Source: Mercenaria mercenaria (Eukaryota). Taken from it: DNA of 64,000 bases. Below the pieces are notes generated by a model that did no database searches, was not told the DNA's origin, and saw only the letters and a program-made list of their open reading frames with translations. How positions within the stretch are numbered: position 1 is the stretch's first letter; each line of letters begins with the position of its first letter. Both the position numbers and the translations under genes were made by a program. The DNA lies in contig NC_069364.1 of NCBI RefSeq assembly GCF_021730395.1, forward strand, positions 83,467,972-83,531,971. The letters are read 5' to 3'. Shown in pieces: positions 48,826-61,129 of the stretch.

Positions 48826-49290
48826 TGATCACTACCAAATAGAATGTAAGCCTCCGCAGGTCTAGTCACAAGTAGTCCAAATATAAATAGTACTAATCTT
48901 TTTTCCTTTCCTAGTGCATTTTCTCGGCAGCAACGTGCTTACTTTTACCCTACCGCGTTTCAGTATGTATCACTTTGCATTCTATTGAAATCAGCATGTT
49001 CCTATTGCATGCTAGATAAAAATGGCGGCGTAAGAATTTAATGTCACGAAAAGAGAAACTGAAAGAAGCGAAAAGTAGTAAATTCAGCGGGTTGTATTTA
49101 ACGAACTGTAGTTTTCTTATATAAAAGTTAACATCCCATTTTCTTTTTGTTTTTCTAAAGTAGCGATCTAGTTCTTTATGGGAATATAAGTCTCTGAAAA
49201 TCTGATATGCTAGAAAATGTCGAAAAACCGTTATGAAGTGAGTGACTTTTATATGAAATAAAGAACAGCTGGATTTAGTGGTGTTCAGCC
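48826..49290. repeat. About 465-bp direct repeat, copy 1 (second copy 49797-50265, about 99% identical)
   Basis: ctgatcactaccaaatagaatgtaagcctccgcaggtctagtcacaagtag...ggtgttcagcct is present twice in direct orientation, separated by about 510 bp. The repeat begins TG and ends CA (tgatcac...gtgttca). Confidence 0.85.
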
Positions 49291-49796
49291 TATAAGGGGC
49301 AATACATGGTATTTTCTGAAACCCCTCGAAAATGAATGGAAATGCCATTAATCTATTCTTTATGATGTAAAACGGTAACAAATGGCTAAAAACGCTTAAA
49401 TTTCTTGTGTTTTTGGAATTAAGATCAAATTTTCGACCAGGTGGCACTATTTTGGTTCGTTTTAAGACCTAGTAAATGTCTATTCTCGATTTTAGCACTT
49501 CAGTTGCCTAAATAATATTGAAATTAGCATGTTTCTGAATGAAAATGACAAACATCGTAACGATTAAATGGATGTTAAATGTAAATTCCACGAATAAGGT
49601 AAAATAAATTGAAATATTGCCTGCACAGGGCTAAATTTTGCATATTTTTGGGGATGGGGGTGACCTGTAATGAATTGTCATTTCTCTACATTTTCTCAAT
49701 ATTTTGCACCAAAACTAAGCAGAATCATTGTAAAATAGGTGTACCTTGAAAATGAATGCAAATTCATGGAAAAATCAAACAAAAATTTTCTCTTAT

Positions 49797-50265
49797 AGGC
49801 TGATCACTACCAAATAGAATGTAAGCCTCCGCAGGTCTAGTCACAAGTAGTCCAAATATAAATAGTACTAATCTTTTTTCCTTTCCTAGTGCATTTTCTC
49901 GGCAGCAACGTGCTTACTTTTACCCTACCGCGTTTCAGTATGTATCACTTTGCATTCTATTGAAATCAGCATGTTCCTATTGCATGCTAGATAAAAATGG
50001 CGGCGTAAGAATTTAATGTCACGAAAAGAGAAATTGAAAGAAGCGAAAAGTAGTAAATTCAGCGGGTTGTATTTAACGAACTGTAGTTTTCTTATATAAA
50101 AGTTAACACCCCATTTTCTTTTTGTTTTTCTAAAGTAGCGATCTAGTTCTTTATGGGAATATAAGTCTCTGAAAATCTGATATGCTAGAAAATGTCGAAA
50201 AACCGTTATGAAGTGAGTGAATTTTATATGAAATAAAGAACAGCTGGATTTAGTGGTGTTCAGCC
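49797..50265. repeat. About 465-bp direct repeat, copy 2
   Basis: See copy 1. ORFs 48950..49447(-) and 49925..50365(-) simply reflect this duplication. Confidence 0.85.
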
Positions 50266-50729
50266 TTAACCGAAATATGATACCGTTCGAACCAACAGTC
50301 GTTAGAGAAGTATCCAAATTTCGAATAAGGTAGATGTGACAAACGAAACTGACTGAAAGAAACATAATAAATAATCTGATTTAAAGATCTGATTTACCTT
50401 ACATGCAAAACTCGACGCAAAACACTTTAGATAAGGAAATATTCAACACTTCCGCAACAATACACATCAAGAAATCTGGGTTAGTTACTGTTTGTTTAAT
50501 ACATACAGTAATAAGCGTTTGGATGATTGAGAATCACCCGCCAAAATGTCATCGCTCAAAATAACAAATGAGTCCATTTATCTACATATTTGTCCTTGGG
50601 TTAACAGTGCAAACAAACAATGTATATCAAAAACTGTCTTTTTTTGCATAGTTAACTGCAAGGGAAAATGATTTGATTACAAATTATGTTAAATCTACGT
50701 GTCGTATAACTATCCAAAGACGATTGGAG

Positions 50730-51010
50730 GCTGCATGGAGGTAAAAGGTAAAGGTAAGTTTTATTTACCGTCGCTTGGTGAAACAATTAACATAAGCTCT
50801 ATAGAGCTTTTCTGCGACCCTATATTAAGAACAGTTAAAACCAATTATACCTCACCCCCAGCAATTTGCTGGTACCCATTTACAGCTGGGTCGGCTGAGG
50901 CAATCGATAAATTAAAGTGCCTTGCCCAAGGACACACCGCAATGGGAGTAGCCAGGATTCGAACCAGAGGCCTTCACCTCCGTAGGAAAGTGTCTTAGCC
51001 CTCTCGACCA
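50730..51010 (-). mobile_element. CORE/MIR-like SINE
   Basis: The rc contains ggttcgaatcctggc...ggtgtgtccttgggcaaggcactttaa...gcctcagc...ctgtaaatgggtacc. This is the conserved CORE/MIR central domain (compare mammalian MIR TGTGACCTTGGGCAAGTCACTTAACC...GCCTCAG...CTGTAAAATGGG). Confidence 0.65.
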
Positions 51011-51299
51011 ATGCGAGGTTGTATTTGTGGTCAAATTGTCATTCAAAGGAAAGACGGATGACGGGTTATAATATGGCGCCAAAAAACGGACGGTGCTGAA
51101 ATTTTGGTTTCACTTCATCTATCTATCTTCCGATAATGTCAAAACCCCTCACGGGGACGTAGGCATTATTAGGCTGAAATGGAAAAATGGAAAAATAGCA
51201 GCTATCATGCAATGTAGGTTGAGACATGATCAATGGCTACATCGAACTGGGTGGGCAACAGCAAGAGACACAGAGAGATAATTCCAGTGATATGCTGTT

Positions 51300-52821
51300 C
51301 TACAGCTTGTGTATTGAATGAGGGGAACTAAGTAACCTTCTTTGGGGATGGCAACTAGTCCATGATTGATTTATACATAAGGGAAAGTCTGTTATCAATA
51401 CATCGGAGTTCTAGTCGACTTAGGTTTAAGGGAGTGTAACATATCTGTAATACTGGAGGTTTGACGGTAGCCAGCCTTAATCCCAACGAGCTGCCCGTCT
51501 CTGAACACCCTCTGTCTGGTCTATGAAGGATTGAGTACAAGGTGACCACACTTCAGAACCATATTCCAACTGGGGTCTAACAAGTGCTTGGTAAGCCATG
51601 GACTTTGATGGTCACAGTCAGATTTGACCTTGCTGTTTCTGCGCAGAAACCCTAATGTTTAATTGGCTTTCTTTGTTGAACTTTTGATATGGGCGTCCCA
51701 TGAAAGATTGTCTGATATATCCGCGCCAAGGTATTTGGCCGAGGTGACTGCTTCGAGCAGGACTCCATGGAGGTAGTACTGGGTGGGAATAAGATGTTTC
51801 CTTCTTGTGACGTGGATGGTTTGACATTTGGAGAGGTTTAATTTCATATCCCACTCCAAACCCACTCCTCTAACATTTTGTGGTCATTTTGGAGGGTAAC
51901 TAATGCATTTGCAGATGACAGTGTGAGGTAGATTGCTTTATCATCTGTAAAGAGGCGTACTTTAGAGCTGATATTTTGTGGGAGGTCATATATATTGACT
52001 AAAAAGAGCAGGGGTCCAAGGGCGGAACCCTGTGGAACACCAGGCATCTGAACTGATGTCATTCAGGATTCTGCTATCAAGAAAACTTTTTATCCTCTTT
52101 AGAGTTTGACCTCTGACTCCATAATTGAGCATTTTCAGTAGGACTTTCTCGTGGCTGACCTTATCGAAAGACTTACTAAAATCTAGTTAGCAGTAATATG
52201 AGATCTACTTCTTTCTAATCATAGACTGAGGTTATCAGGTCATTTACTAACATTGCTAGTTGGGTGACACGTGATCTTTTCCCCGAAACCCATGTTGCAG
52301 GTTGTAGAGGATACTTTGGCTGGTGAAATGTTTTACTATTGAGGAGGGAACTATGCGTTTTAATACTTTGCATAGAAGACATGTTAAAGAAATAGGACTA
52401 TAGTTGGCGGGTTTGACCTTTCAGTTTTGTTGTAAACATGGGTTACATTTGCTGACTTCCACTGGGATGGTAGGGATCCTTCTTCACAGGATCTTGCATA
52501 TTTAAGATGAAATTACCATTTTGATTAACTGACATATCTTGAGGTTTCATTTTACAAAGTGAAGCAAGTGTCAGTGGAGATTTTGGGCTGAAGACCGACT
52601 GAAACTGTTTGTTCAGTACTGTTGCCTTGGCGTTATCTTATGACAGAGCTTCGTTTCATACTTCAGGGATGACATGGAGGACGACTCTTGTTTGGAATGT
52701 TTAATTAATGAGTAGATTTTCTTTAAATTTGGTCTACTTGGAAGGTTGGGGTCAGTACTATGTAGATTTAGGATGTCTTCAAGATATTGGTGATAAGCCG
52801 CTTTGACGTTTTTCCGCACTA
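51300..52821 (-). mobile_element. Non-LTR retrotransposon (LINE, CR1/L2/RTE-like), reverse-transcriptase and 3' part, degenerate
   Basis: Minus-strand ORFs carry RT motifs: GVPQGSALGPLLFLVNIYDLP, FTDDKAIY (the YxDD region), LNLSKCQTIHVTRRK and VTSAKYLGADISDNLSWDAHI. A 3' block LEYGSEVWSP...VQRRAARW is also present. Frameshifts and stops show it is a pseudogene copy. Confidence 0.8.
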
Positions 52822-52826
52822 AGTGT

Positions 52827-55800
52827 CACGGTGGGGAAACCAAGAATGCAACGTCATCAAAACCCAGCGCAAATGAGCTGACCACACACAAATTTACGTC
52901 GATTCAGGTCAGAAAAGTCTTGTAACTTTTTTATTACTGCAGCTTCCGACTCGAGATAAAGAGCACCGTACCCGGCCTGGAGTATACTATTCTGCGGTAG
53001 TGTTCCATATTGTACGTATAGCTTGGTTTTTGCTCGAAAACTCGAACAGTTGGCAAAGAAGGTATGAGCTGTACCACACTTTTGTCTAAGAAAGTGAGTT
53101 TTGACCGCATTTTCGTGAAATGAGGACAAATTTGAAGCTCATTTAATATCAGTGACTAGCATAACAGTCAATCATTGTTTTATTTTGCTATTTTCAAGGA
53201 TATCTGACGATATTTTTTCAAAACAAACACCGTTATTAAAATGAGAACATCCACACTGACGACTTTGTTGGAGAACATCCACACTATTATCATGCACTAT
53301 TTAGAAAAATCAAGACAAAACCGTTTTTGTTTTAAAATCTGACATGTGAAAAAGTAAGGTAAAAGTGATAAGTTTCACTGCATTCAATCTGCGCGTCATT
53401 CGTTATTTTGTTTCAGATGGCAGTATTTTTTCTTTTTATGACATACTGCAAATTTAATAATGTCAATTTGAAAATGTTGTTGCAATCCGTAGGGCATTTG
53501 ATCTATATAAATATTTAGTAGAGTAGATTCTACATGAATAAGATCGTGTTATATATAATAATTATAATATAAAATATAAAAATGGAAAAGAAAACATAAA
53601 TCTTTTTTCCACCTTTTTAGTGTTTGAAATTACTTTTCTCCAATGTCATTGCAGTATTTTTGGAATTATGGGGAAATTAATTTTGGTAAATCAAGATTTA
53701 CTTTCATTCGTTTATTAACCCGGTAAGTCACATATACTGTACGCAGAGCTTAAATTTGTAAACAAAAAATAATTTTAAACACTAAACAGGTTAGCCAATA
53801 ATTAGAAAAATAAAACTTCTCATCCCATTTAAATTATTTTAGCACCAATAACATATGCGAGATAACAAAGTCTATGTAAATTTCTTTTACCAAACCACAA
53901 ACTTATACTTAAACACCCTTACAATTTTCCTGGCTGAACTATTATTAACGAACAATACGGCTCAAGCTCTATAAAACAATTTGAAATTATTAAGATCTGC
54001 TAATGTGAATAGGTGCCCGCAACTAGTAAATTATTAATACAGTTGTAACAGTATTTAGTGATTGAAATTATTTTGTCCAATGGCATTGCAGAACATTTCA
54101 AATTATGGGCAATTCATTTTAATAAATCAGCATTTGATTGAAGTGCGATATTAGGGGCTAAGCTTCAGCCGGAAAACCTGCTCTGCGGGAACACTTAAGA
54201 CAGTCACAGCGGAGAGAGTATGGAAAGGTGTATAAATACTGACGAAAGTTTAAGGTGTTACATGAAAATCTTTCCCGTATGATGCTTAAGGTAGTTCGGA
54301 TCCATTTTTGTTTTCTTCACTGATTTGAAATTTGATTAAACTCCCGATTTTTCAAAATTATAGAATAAACTTGCAACTGTTGGCAAATGTAAATTGATAG
54401 AGTCACGTGCTTTTTCTGCTGAACAAAATGTTTTGACCTTAAGTAACTTTTTGTAATATGTGCCTATAGGAAATCATCTTTTCAAAAGTAAATTGTCCCC
54501 AATGAAGCTTTTAATGAATCTTCTCAGTCAAAAATATAAGCTACGGTCTTACATGTGATTAAATCAAATGTATAAAACCGTGTTTTTATGTTTGCCTTTA
54601 TTTTAGTTTATACAGAATTCATTTTAGGTCGATTTTGAAGGAAGTTCTATAACTTACATTCATCACTCTCGACCCCTCATTCCTGATGGGATCAATCGCC
54701 ACGGGGGTATGAGAGAAGAGGCCAGTTTCCCTTTTAATGCTGAACGCCAAGCAAGGGAGCTACTGGTACCATTTTTCACGTCTTTGGTATGACGCGGCCG
54801 GGAATCGAATCCACGACCTCACGCACTCAAAGCGGACGCCCTAACACTTGGCTATAGACCTTGCCTTTATTTTAAGAGATCAAGCTGATTTAAAGACACC
54901 ATTTAGAACTATTTAATGTTCAAACAATTTTAATATCATGTTTTATCTTTAGAAATATAATATTGTTGTCATGGGATTGCCATTCAATAAACGAATTTCG
55001 GTTCCGTATGCAGAACCCAGGCTTTAGTCTACGTAATGATAATACATTGTATGCCTTTCTATCGGTTTTTTATGTATAAGGTTGGATTGTATTTGATATT
55101 TGAAAGAGACTTCCATTTGCTGAAATAAGATTTAAAATATCTAACAGTTATAATATTTAGTTAAAGTACTAACTATCCGTGTTTTATGCACTTTGGGATG
55201 GATATAGTTCTAAACAAAATAACAATACAATAACTATTTCAATCCTCTATTTGCTTTTAAACTTTGTGTGCAGGACTTTTATGCGACTTTGTCTTGTTAT
55301 CTTAAAATAATGTTTTTCCTAAGATGCAATCAATCTGAACACCGTGTCCTTATGCCACACTTTACACAGAGATTAATGTTAGCCTAACATGTGCTCAGCC
55401 ATTGCTATATAATTTGGCAGATCTATTTTAACTGGTCTACAGACTTGCGGTAAATGGTATGAACTGCTGATTGTATGTATAGACGACATTTGTTGTTGAA
55501 CAACGTAGCTTGACTGCCTAAGACACAGCTTTTAGGAAGCATTACTGCAATAATGGTAATTAAGAGTGTGGATGTTCTCCAACAAAGTCGTCAGTGTGGA
55601 TGTTCTCATTTTAATAACGGTGTTTTTTTTTAATAAAATATCGTCAGATATCCTTGAAAATAGCAAAATAAAGCAATGTTTGACTATTATGCTAGTCACT
55701 GATATTAAATGAGCTTCAAATCTGTCCTCATTTCACGAAAATGCGGTCAAAACTCACTTTCTTAGACAAAAGTGTGGTACAGCTCATACCTTCTTTGCCA

Positions 55801-56024
55801 ACTGTTCGCGTTTTCGAGCAAAAACCAAGCTATATGTACAATATGGAACACTACCGCAGAATAGTATACTCCAGGCCGGGTACGGTGCTCTTTATCTCGA
55901 GTCGAAAGCTGCAGTAATAAAAAAGTTACAAGACTTTTCTGACCTGAATCGACGTAAATTTGTGTGTGGTCAGCTCATTTGCGCTGGGTTTTGATGACGT
56001 TGCATTCTTGGTTTCCCCACCGTG
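52827..56024. mobile_element. Non-autonomous DNA transposon with long terminal inverted repeats, candidate Transib-like
   Basis: Arms 52827-53285 and 55565-56024 are reverse complements, about 460 bp at about 97% identity. The termini read 5'-CACGGTGGGG...CCCCACCGTG-3'. The element is flanked by the direct repeat AGTGT at 52822-52826 and 56025-56029. The 2.3-kb interior is non-coding and contains a SINE2 copy. It is inserted into the LINE. Confidence 0.6.
54722..54862 (-). mobile_element. tRNA-like SINE family 2, inside the long-TIR element
   Basis: The rc matches 60749-60885 over about 135 bp. Confidence 0.6.
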
Positions 56025-56029
56025 AGTGT

Positions 56030-56600
56030 GTTAGGTCTAGGAACTTCTTCCGAATAGAAGACTTGTTTGTCTTCCTAGCTTTTTAATAGGCCCTATTACG
56101 TCTTCACATATAAGTTGCCCCATAACCACAAAGGACGCATCTGACTCCCGAGCTAGTGAATGAGCTAGCTGATAGAGCAGCTGTCTTTCGCAGTTGTCAG
56201 GTCTGTAAGGGTAAACCACAACACTATGTCAGATATCAACTTTGCAATTATCATCTCGTTTGGAATTTAAGGTCCTCTTCTCTTTTTTGCAGAGACTAGA
56301 ATCCCTCTCCTATGTCTCATTCCTCTGGACAACTGTAACATTTTGCGTGTTTTAAGCTTAATTGTAGTCGTACCCATCTGTTGGCTCTTCGTATTTATGA
56401 AGGTAATTTGATAGAACCAAACAACATCCGCGGGTTGCCGAAACAAACTAATTAGACGACAGGTGACAGGAAAGTGATTTATAGTCACAGCGAACTTATC
56501 AATTTCACCCTGATCAGTGTTGACTTTTTTATTATATTGGAGACATTGCTTTAAAACTCTGAGAAGGATTACTAGTATCATATCAGTAGTCTCGGTAATT
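56030..56600 (-). mobile_element. Upstream (5') part of the same LINE, possibly an endonuclease-region remnant
   Basis: Minus-strand ORFs 56037..56219 and 56267..56581 sit directly beyond the insertion that interrupts the RT-bearing segment. Their similarity to an APE-type endonuclease is weak. Confidence 0.35.
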
Positions 56601-57159
56601 TTAATGAAAAGGCGGTGTGCACGGAATTTCTTAAGTCACAGAGCTCGATTTCACTGATCGGTAGGAAGTGGAAAATGCAGCAGTAGCCTTTAATAAGTTG
56701 ACTGTTACTACTCCATGGAACGCATATAATTATATATATATGTGTATTTACAACCTTTGGGCTGTGCGCACTTGTATTATCAGCTTCAAACAGCGACAAT
56801 ACTAGCTGTCATAAATTTTGTGCAAATCAGTGAAGAATGCCTATTTTGTTCATGATTTCAAAAGTCACGATTTTTGACACAAAATTAAAAGCTGAATTTT
56901 AATTTATGTTTACAAACTTTGATTTTAAGCCGTGTTGAGCAGGCCCAACAAAACAGAATAAAACTGTGATAAAATATATCACAACATGAACGTGTAGTGT
57001 TTATTAAAAATCATTCGATCATTCATAAACTGGTAGGGAAAGCTTTAGTTTATTTAAGTTTATGCCATGCAAAGGAACACTGGAAAAAATGTGAGACCGT
57101 ATATCACAAATGATAAAATCTGTGAAAAAATCCTTTGGAAGCATAGAAAGCAATCAAGC

Positions 57160-57410
57160 AACAAACATATGAGCCGCGCCACGTGAAAAATCAACATAGT
57201 GGCTTTGCGACCAGCATTGATCCAGACCAGCCTGCACATCCGCGCAGTCTGGTCAGGATCCATGCTGTTCGCTTTCAAAGCCTATTGCAATTAGAGAAAC
57301 TGTTAGCGAACAGTATGGATCCTGACCAGACTGCGCGGATGCGCAGGCTGGTCTGGATCCATGCTGGTCGCAAACGCACTATGTTGGTTTTCTCAAGGCT
57401 GGGCTCAAAA
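57160..57410. mobile_element. Palindromic MITE family A, long copy
   Basis: About 90% identical to 25418-25665. Confidence 0.7.
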
Positions 57411-57853
57411 ATTGATGTGAATTGATTTTCACTTGGTTATTGCAGTTAGCTCCAAGTATACCTACTTGAAACAAAAAGGAAGACGTATTGAAAAGAAAAT
57501 AGAACCATAAAGCGCAGGTAAAGGACGGATAATAAAAGTTGGGACCAGAGAGTTCAATATAAATCCAACTAATGCATTCGCTAGCTACGTCCGCAGATTA
57601 TGAAAAGTTTGTAAACACCTTATGTTTGCTCAAAAGCTAATATCATGACTGCAATACTCGACCTGGGATAATTTGATATTGGAAATATTGAAATTTAGTT
57701 TATACCATCAAATTTTAACAGTTTAAATTTTTAAACTTATAAATGTGGACTTTCTTTGAATGTTACCGCAGCTTATATATTGGAACTTATTTTCTAATTT
57801 AATTTTACTTAATTTTAATTAGTGTCGAAATGTGATTTTCGGTATTAAGAGAT

Positions 57854-57917
57854 ATGTCAGTGAAAATGACGTCTCTCAGGATTGCAGTTTTCGGGGATAA
57901 AAATGTTGGAAAATCAG
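57854..57917 (+). CDS. RERG/RASL-like small GTPase, first coding exon with the P-loop (MSVKMTSLRIAVFGDKNVGKS)
   Basis: ATG at 57854. The G1 motif GxxxxGKS (FGDKNVGKS) is present and the exon ends at CAG|GTGAGA. A TATA-like tataaatg lies about 115 bp upstream. Confidence 0.6.
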
Positions 57918-59019
57918 GTGAGACACTTTGCTAAAAATTTGGCACCTACCAATATTTTGTTATTACATGACTCCTTCTACAGCCGACTGTATTTTTGCTT
58001 AAGACAGGCCGTCAGTGGTCAGTTATAGACTTCTGACCATTTCTCACGCCACGTATGGGGAATGCAGAGTTTATGGTCTAGTTCCGCTCTCACTGACCGC
58101 GTATGGGGGATGTAAATTTTATGATCTAATGCTACTTTCACTGGGATTTGAACACAAAGAACTCATAATTTCAGATAGGCCTATTACAAAAGTAAAATTG
58201 AGTGTAAAGACACATTTTTAAACATCCTAAATTCTCCCAGCATTTTAGGCGACAGACACCCTTGAATCATAGGCACCTCGAAAAAAAAAAAAACAAAAAA
58301 CAACACAGGAATTAGTTTCAGGGTATACACCAGCGCTTTTTCAAAATATTTGAGTTAGTCATCTATTTCATATCTATCTTGTAGCCTCCAGCGTAGACAG
58401 CCCGCTTGTGACATATTTACACTTCGTGCGACTCTTAAGTATCACTTCACATCTTCTCATCATCTTTGAATTAAAGTAAAATTTATTGTCGATAATTCAG
58501 GCAGATGGAGAACTGCTTAAGTGTAGCTCTAATGATTCCCATTTAGATTTGAATGAAATATTGCATTAGTGACAGATGGGAGTTTCCGCATTATTTCATA
58601 ATTTCATGTAGGAGCCAAAATCAACAACGCACAAAAACGTTGCGTTCTTTATAAAAAATCTCCAAGTTCATAACACTTTATTTGTTTCGCAAACAATTTA
58701 TTGTGAAAATAGTTTGCTAAAAGAATTCTTAGATATAAGTCAGTTATTGAGTTTGTTTGTTTATAAATGTATGTTCAAAGAAGGAACGCAAACAGCTTTA
58801 AAACTTTTACCGCATGTTTTTAAAAGTAAGTAAACATGGCCGGGCAGTTTTCAGTGCTGATATCTGCCATACCTCTGCTAATTGTTTGTGTTTTTCTTAT
58901 AATGCTAATGGATTTACTGACTAGCATGGAATACAGCCAGTGCATAGTTTAAAGGCCCTGCATGACAATATACATGCAAAGTATTTTTGTTACAATTCAG
59001 TATTGATACATTATTGAAG

Positions 59020-59283
59020 TGGCCGCCGTGGCCGAGTGGGTTTGGTGACTTCGAATCATTTGCCCCACACCGCTATGGGTTCGAGACTTCTCTTGGGATG
59101 TAGAATTGTTTCATGTGAGAAAGCAATCCAACTGACAATTAACGGAGGCCAGTGATTCTACCCAGGTGCCCGCTTGTGCCTAAAATGATGACCTGACTAG
59201 TATCAGGGGTCTTCTTCCAACAACAAAAGCTGGAAATTCGCCATATGACCAATGAATTGTGTCGGTGCGACGTTAAAGCCGAC
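59020..59283 (+). mobile_element. tRNA-derived SINE family 1, plus-strand copy
   Basis: gtggccgccgtggccgagtgggtttggtgacttcgaatcatttgcccc...ctacccaggtgcccgc...gtgcgacgttaaagccgac, colinear with the rc of the copies at 27328 and 29724. Confidence 0.7.
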
Positions 59284-60379
59284 AAAAATATTCATTATTT
59301 TGCAGGAAAACCGTGACATTCACAAAAATGTACTGGATATCAAATTCTGCTATTAAATATGTATATAATTATATCATTTCGTTTGTATAACTATAATTTA
59401 TGGTGGGAAACATTTATATTTAAGCGGGCCTTATGTCTCGTGTCGCTTGCACTTAGAAACTGTATCTTACAGTACATTAAGTGAATTGCCATGCTTTTTG
59501 CATAACAAGATTATTGCTGTGTGACGGACAGATACTTTTAAAGTTTGCTTATTTGTTTCATACAGCTTTAATCCAAATTTAACCATCGGTGTCCCAGGAT
59601 TATGTACTAGTCCTTACTTTTTCTTTTCACGAAACAGACAAGTTTCCGTCATGAAACAGACGTCATTCAGTCTGCCATGAAAGGCTCGAGACCTCTAGTC
59701 TGGTTTTCTCGCGAGCTAATCGAACGGACTGGCAAGAGTTCTAAAACATATATGCACAAGATATGAACATCTTTCGCGAAAGGGTGATAATTTAACATTT
59801 ATTAGATGAAATGTGATTAATCTTAAGTCGGCGGCATGTCAAATATTTAACTCGTAGACGCTTGTTGATCTCCAAGATAGGACAGCTGTAATATGGCATG
59901 AAATCTCCCATTAACCTTCGTAATTTTAAATAATGTTATCATTATCATTTAAGACTGTCTAAAACTTTAATCCGTGTAATCTAAACCACGTATCCCGTTT
60001 GAACATAATATTATTATTTACTTGATAAATTGGAATTGAATAAATATTGATTGATGGGCTTTTAAATAAGTCGATTCAAGTTAAGTGTATTTATTGTTCA
60101 ATATGACTGTTTCTGTTTTCTGTTGAAAGTTTGGCCGTCATTTTTATTGTAGTTGGTAAATGTTTGTCATCTAGCAAGGCCTTTTGTTTATGTGAGATGA
60201 ATATATCCCCGAGAACAAACTAAAACAGCTACAGTTAAAAACCCTTAGATGTTATAGTATTTTACCGGTAGTATATTGCCGTAATATGGTATAAATCTTT
60301 GCACCGTCGAATTGTTCCATTTATTATTTAACAGAAAACAAGAGATATTTGTAAAATACGTAACCCTCACCTCCGTGAT

Positions 60380-60740
60380 GTATTATCCCATTTCACTCCC
60401 GTGATCACTATGACATTGACTTTTGACCTACTTACCCCAATTCAATGGGGTCATCAATTTCTTAAGCCATGTCATGCTACCAAGTTTGAAGATACTGCGT
60501 CAAGTGGTTCTCAAGTTATTGAGTGGAAACGGTTTTCAATGTTCAGGCCCCTGTGACCTTGACCTTTGACTTACTGACTCCAAACAATAGGGGTCTTCTA
60601 CTTCATTACGCACAATAACGCATCCACGGTTTAAGGTTCTTGTTCAAAAGACTACGAAGTTACCGTGCAGAAATAGTTTTCAATTTTCAATGTTAAGGCA
60701 TCTGTGACATTGACCTTTGACCTGTTGGCTCCGAGAACAA
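60380..60740. repeat. About 160-170-bp tandem repeat family, left array, in inverted orientation relative to 61130-62100
   Basis: The rc of ..ccattgacttttgacctacttaccccaattcaatggggtcatcaatttcttaagccatgtcatgctaccaagtttgaagatactgcgtcaagtggttctcaagttattgagtggaaacggttttcaatgttcaggcccctgtgaccttgacctttgac matches the units to the right. Confidence 0.75.
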
Positions 60741-60744
60741 GACG

Positions 60745-60885
60745 AACCCCCTCGGTAGCCTAGTGGTAGAGCGTCCGCTTCGAGTGCGGGAGGTCGTGGG
60801 TTCGATCCCCGGCCGCGTCATACCAAAGACGTAAAAAATGGTACTGGCAGCTTCCTCGCTTGGCGCTCAGCATTAAGGGGATAGT
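60745..60885 (+). mobile_element. tRNA-like SINE family 2
   Basis: ctcggtagcctagtggtagagcgtccgcttcgagtgcgggaggtcgtgggttcgatccccggccgcgtcataccaaagacg..., a cloverleaf-like head with a degraded T-stem. The second copy at 54722 is in reverse orientation. Confidence 0.6.
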
Positions 60886-61062
60886 GCTAGGACTAGTCAG
60901 CCCGGTGTCAGTATAATGTGACTGGGTGGGGTATCATGCCACGTGTCTACGGCGTGATATTCCAGTGAGGCAGCACTATAAAGTTGGGCATTGTGCTCAC
61001 TGCTACAAGTAGACAAAGTCGTTTATATGACTGAAAAATTGTTGAAAAAGACGTTAAACCCG

Positions 61063-61064
<2 letters not shown>

Positions 61065-61109
<45 letters not shown>
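61065..61109. repeat. (CA)n microsatellite, about 22 units
   Basis: acacacac... read directly. Confidence 0.95.
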
Positions 61110-61110
<1 letters not shown>

Positions 61111-61129
61111 GAGGGTTATCTACTTCGTA

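Noticed and set aside
48950-50365. The two longest ORFs in the track (165 aa and 146 aa, minus strand)
   Set aside because: They lie inside the two copies of a 465-bp direct repeat, are AT-rich and low-complexity, share the same sequence because of the duplication, and have no recognisable domain.
52857-53129. 90-aa ORF in the arm of the long-TIR element as a transposase fragment
   Set aside because: No DDE or other catalytic motif is recognisable. The mirror-image arm has the same sequence, so the ORF reflects the TIR and not a gene.
60745-60830. Possible functional tRNA gene (anticodon-loop-like ttcgagt)
   Set aside because: The T-stem and acceptor stem do not pair. A second diverged copy exists at 54722 in a SINE-like context.
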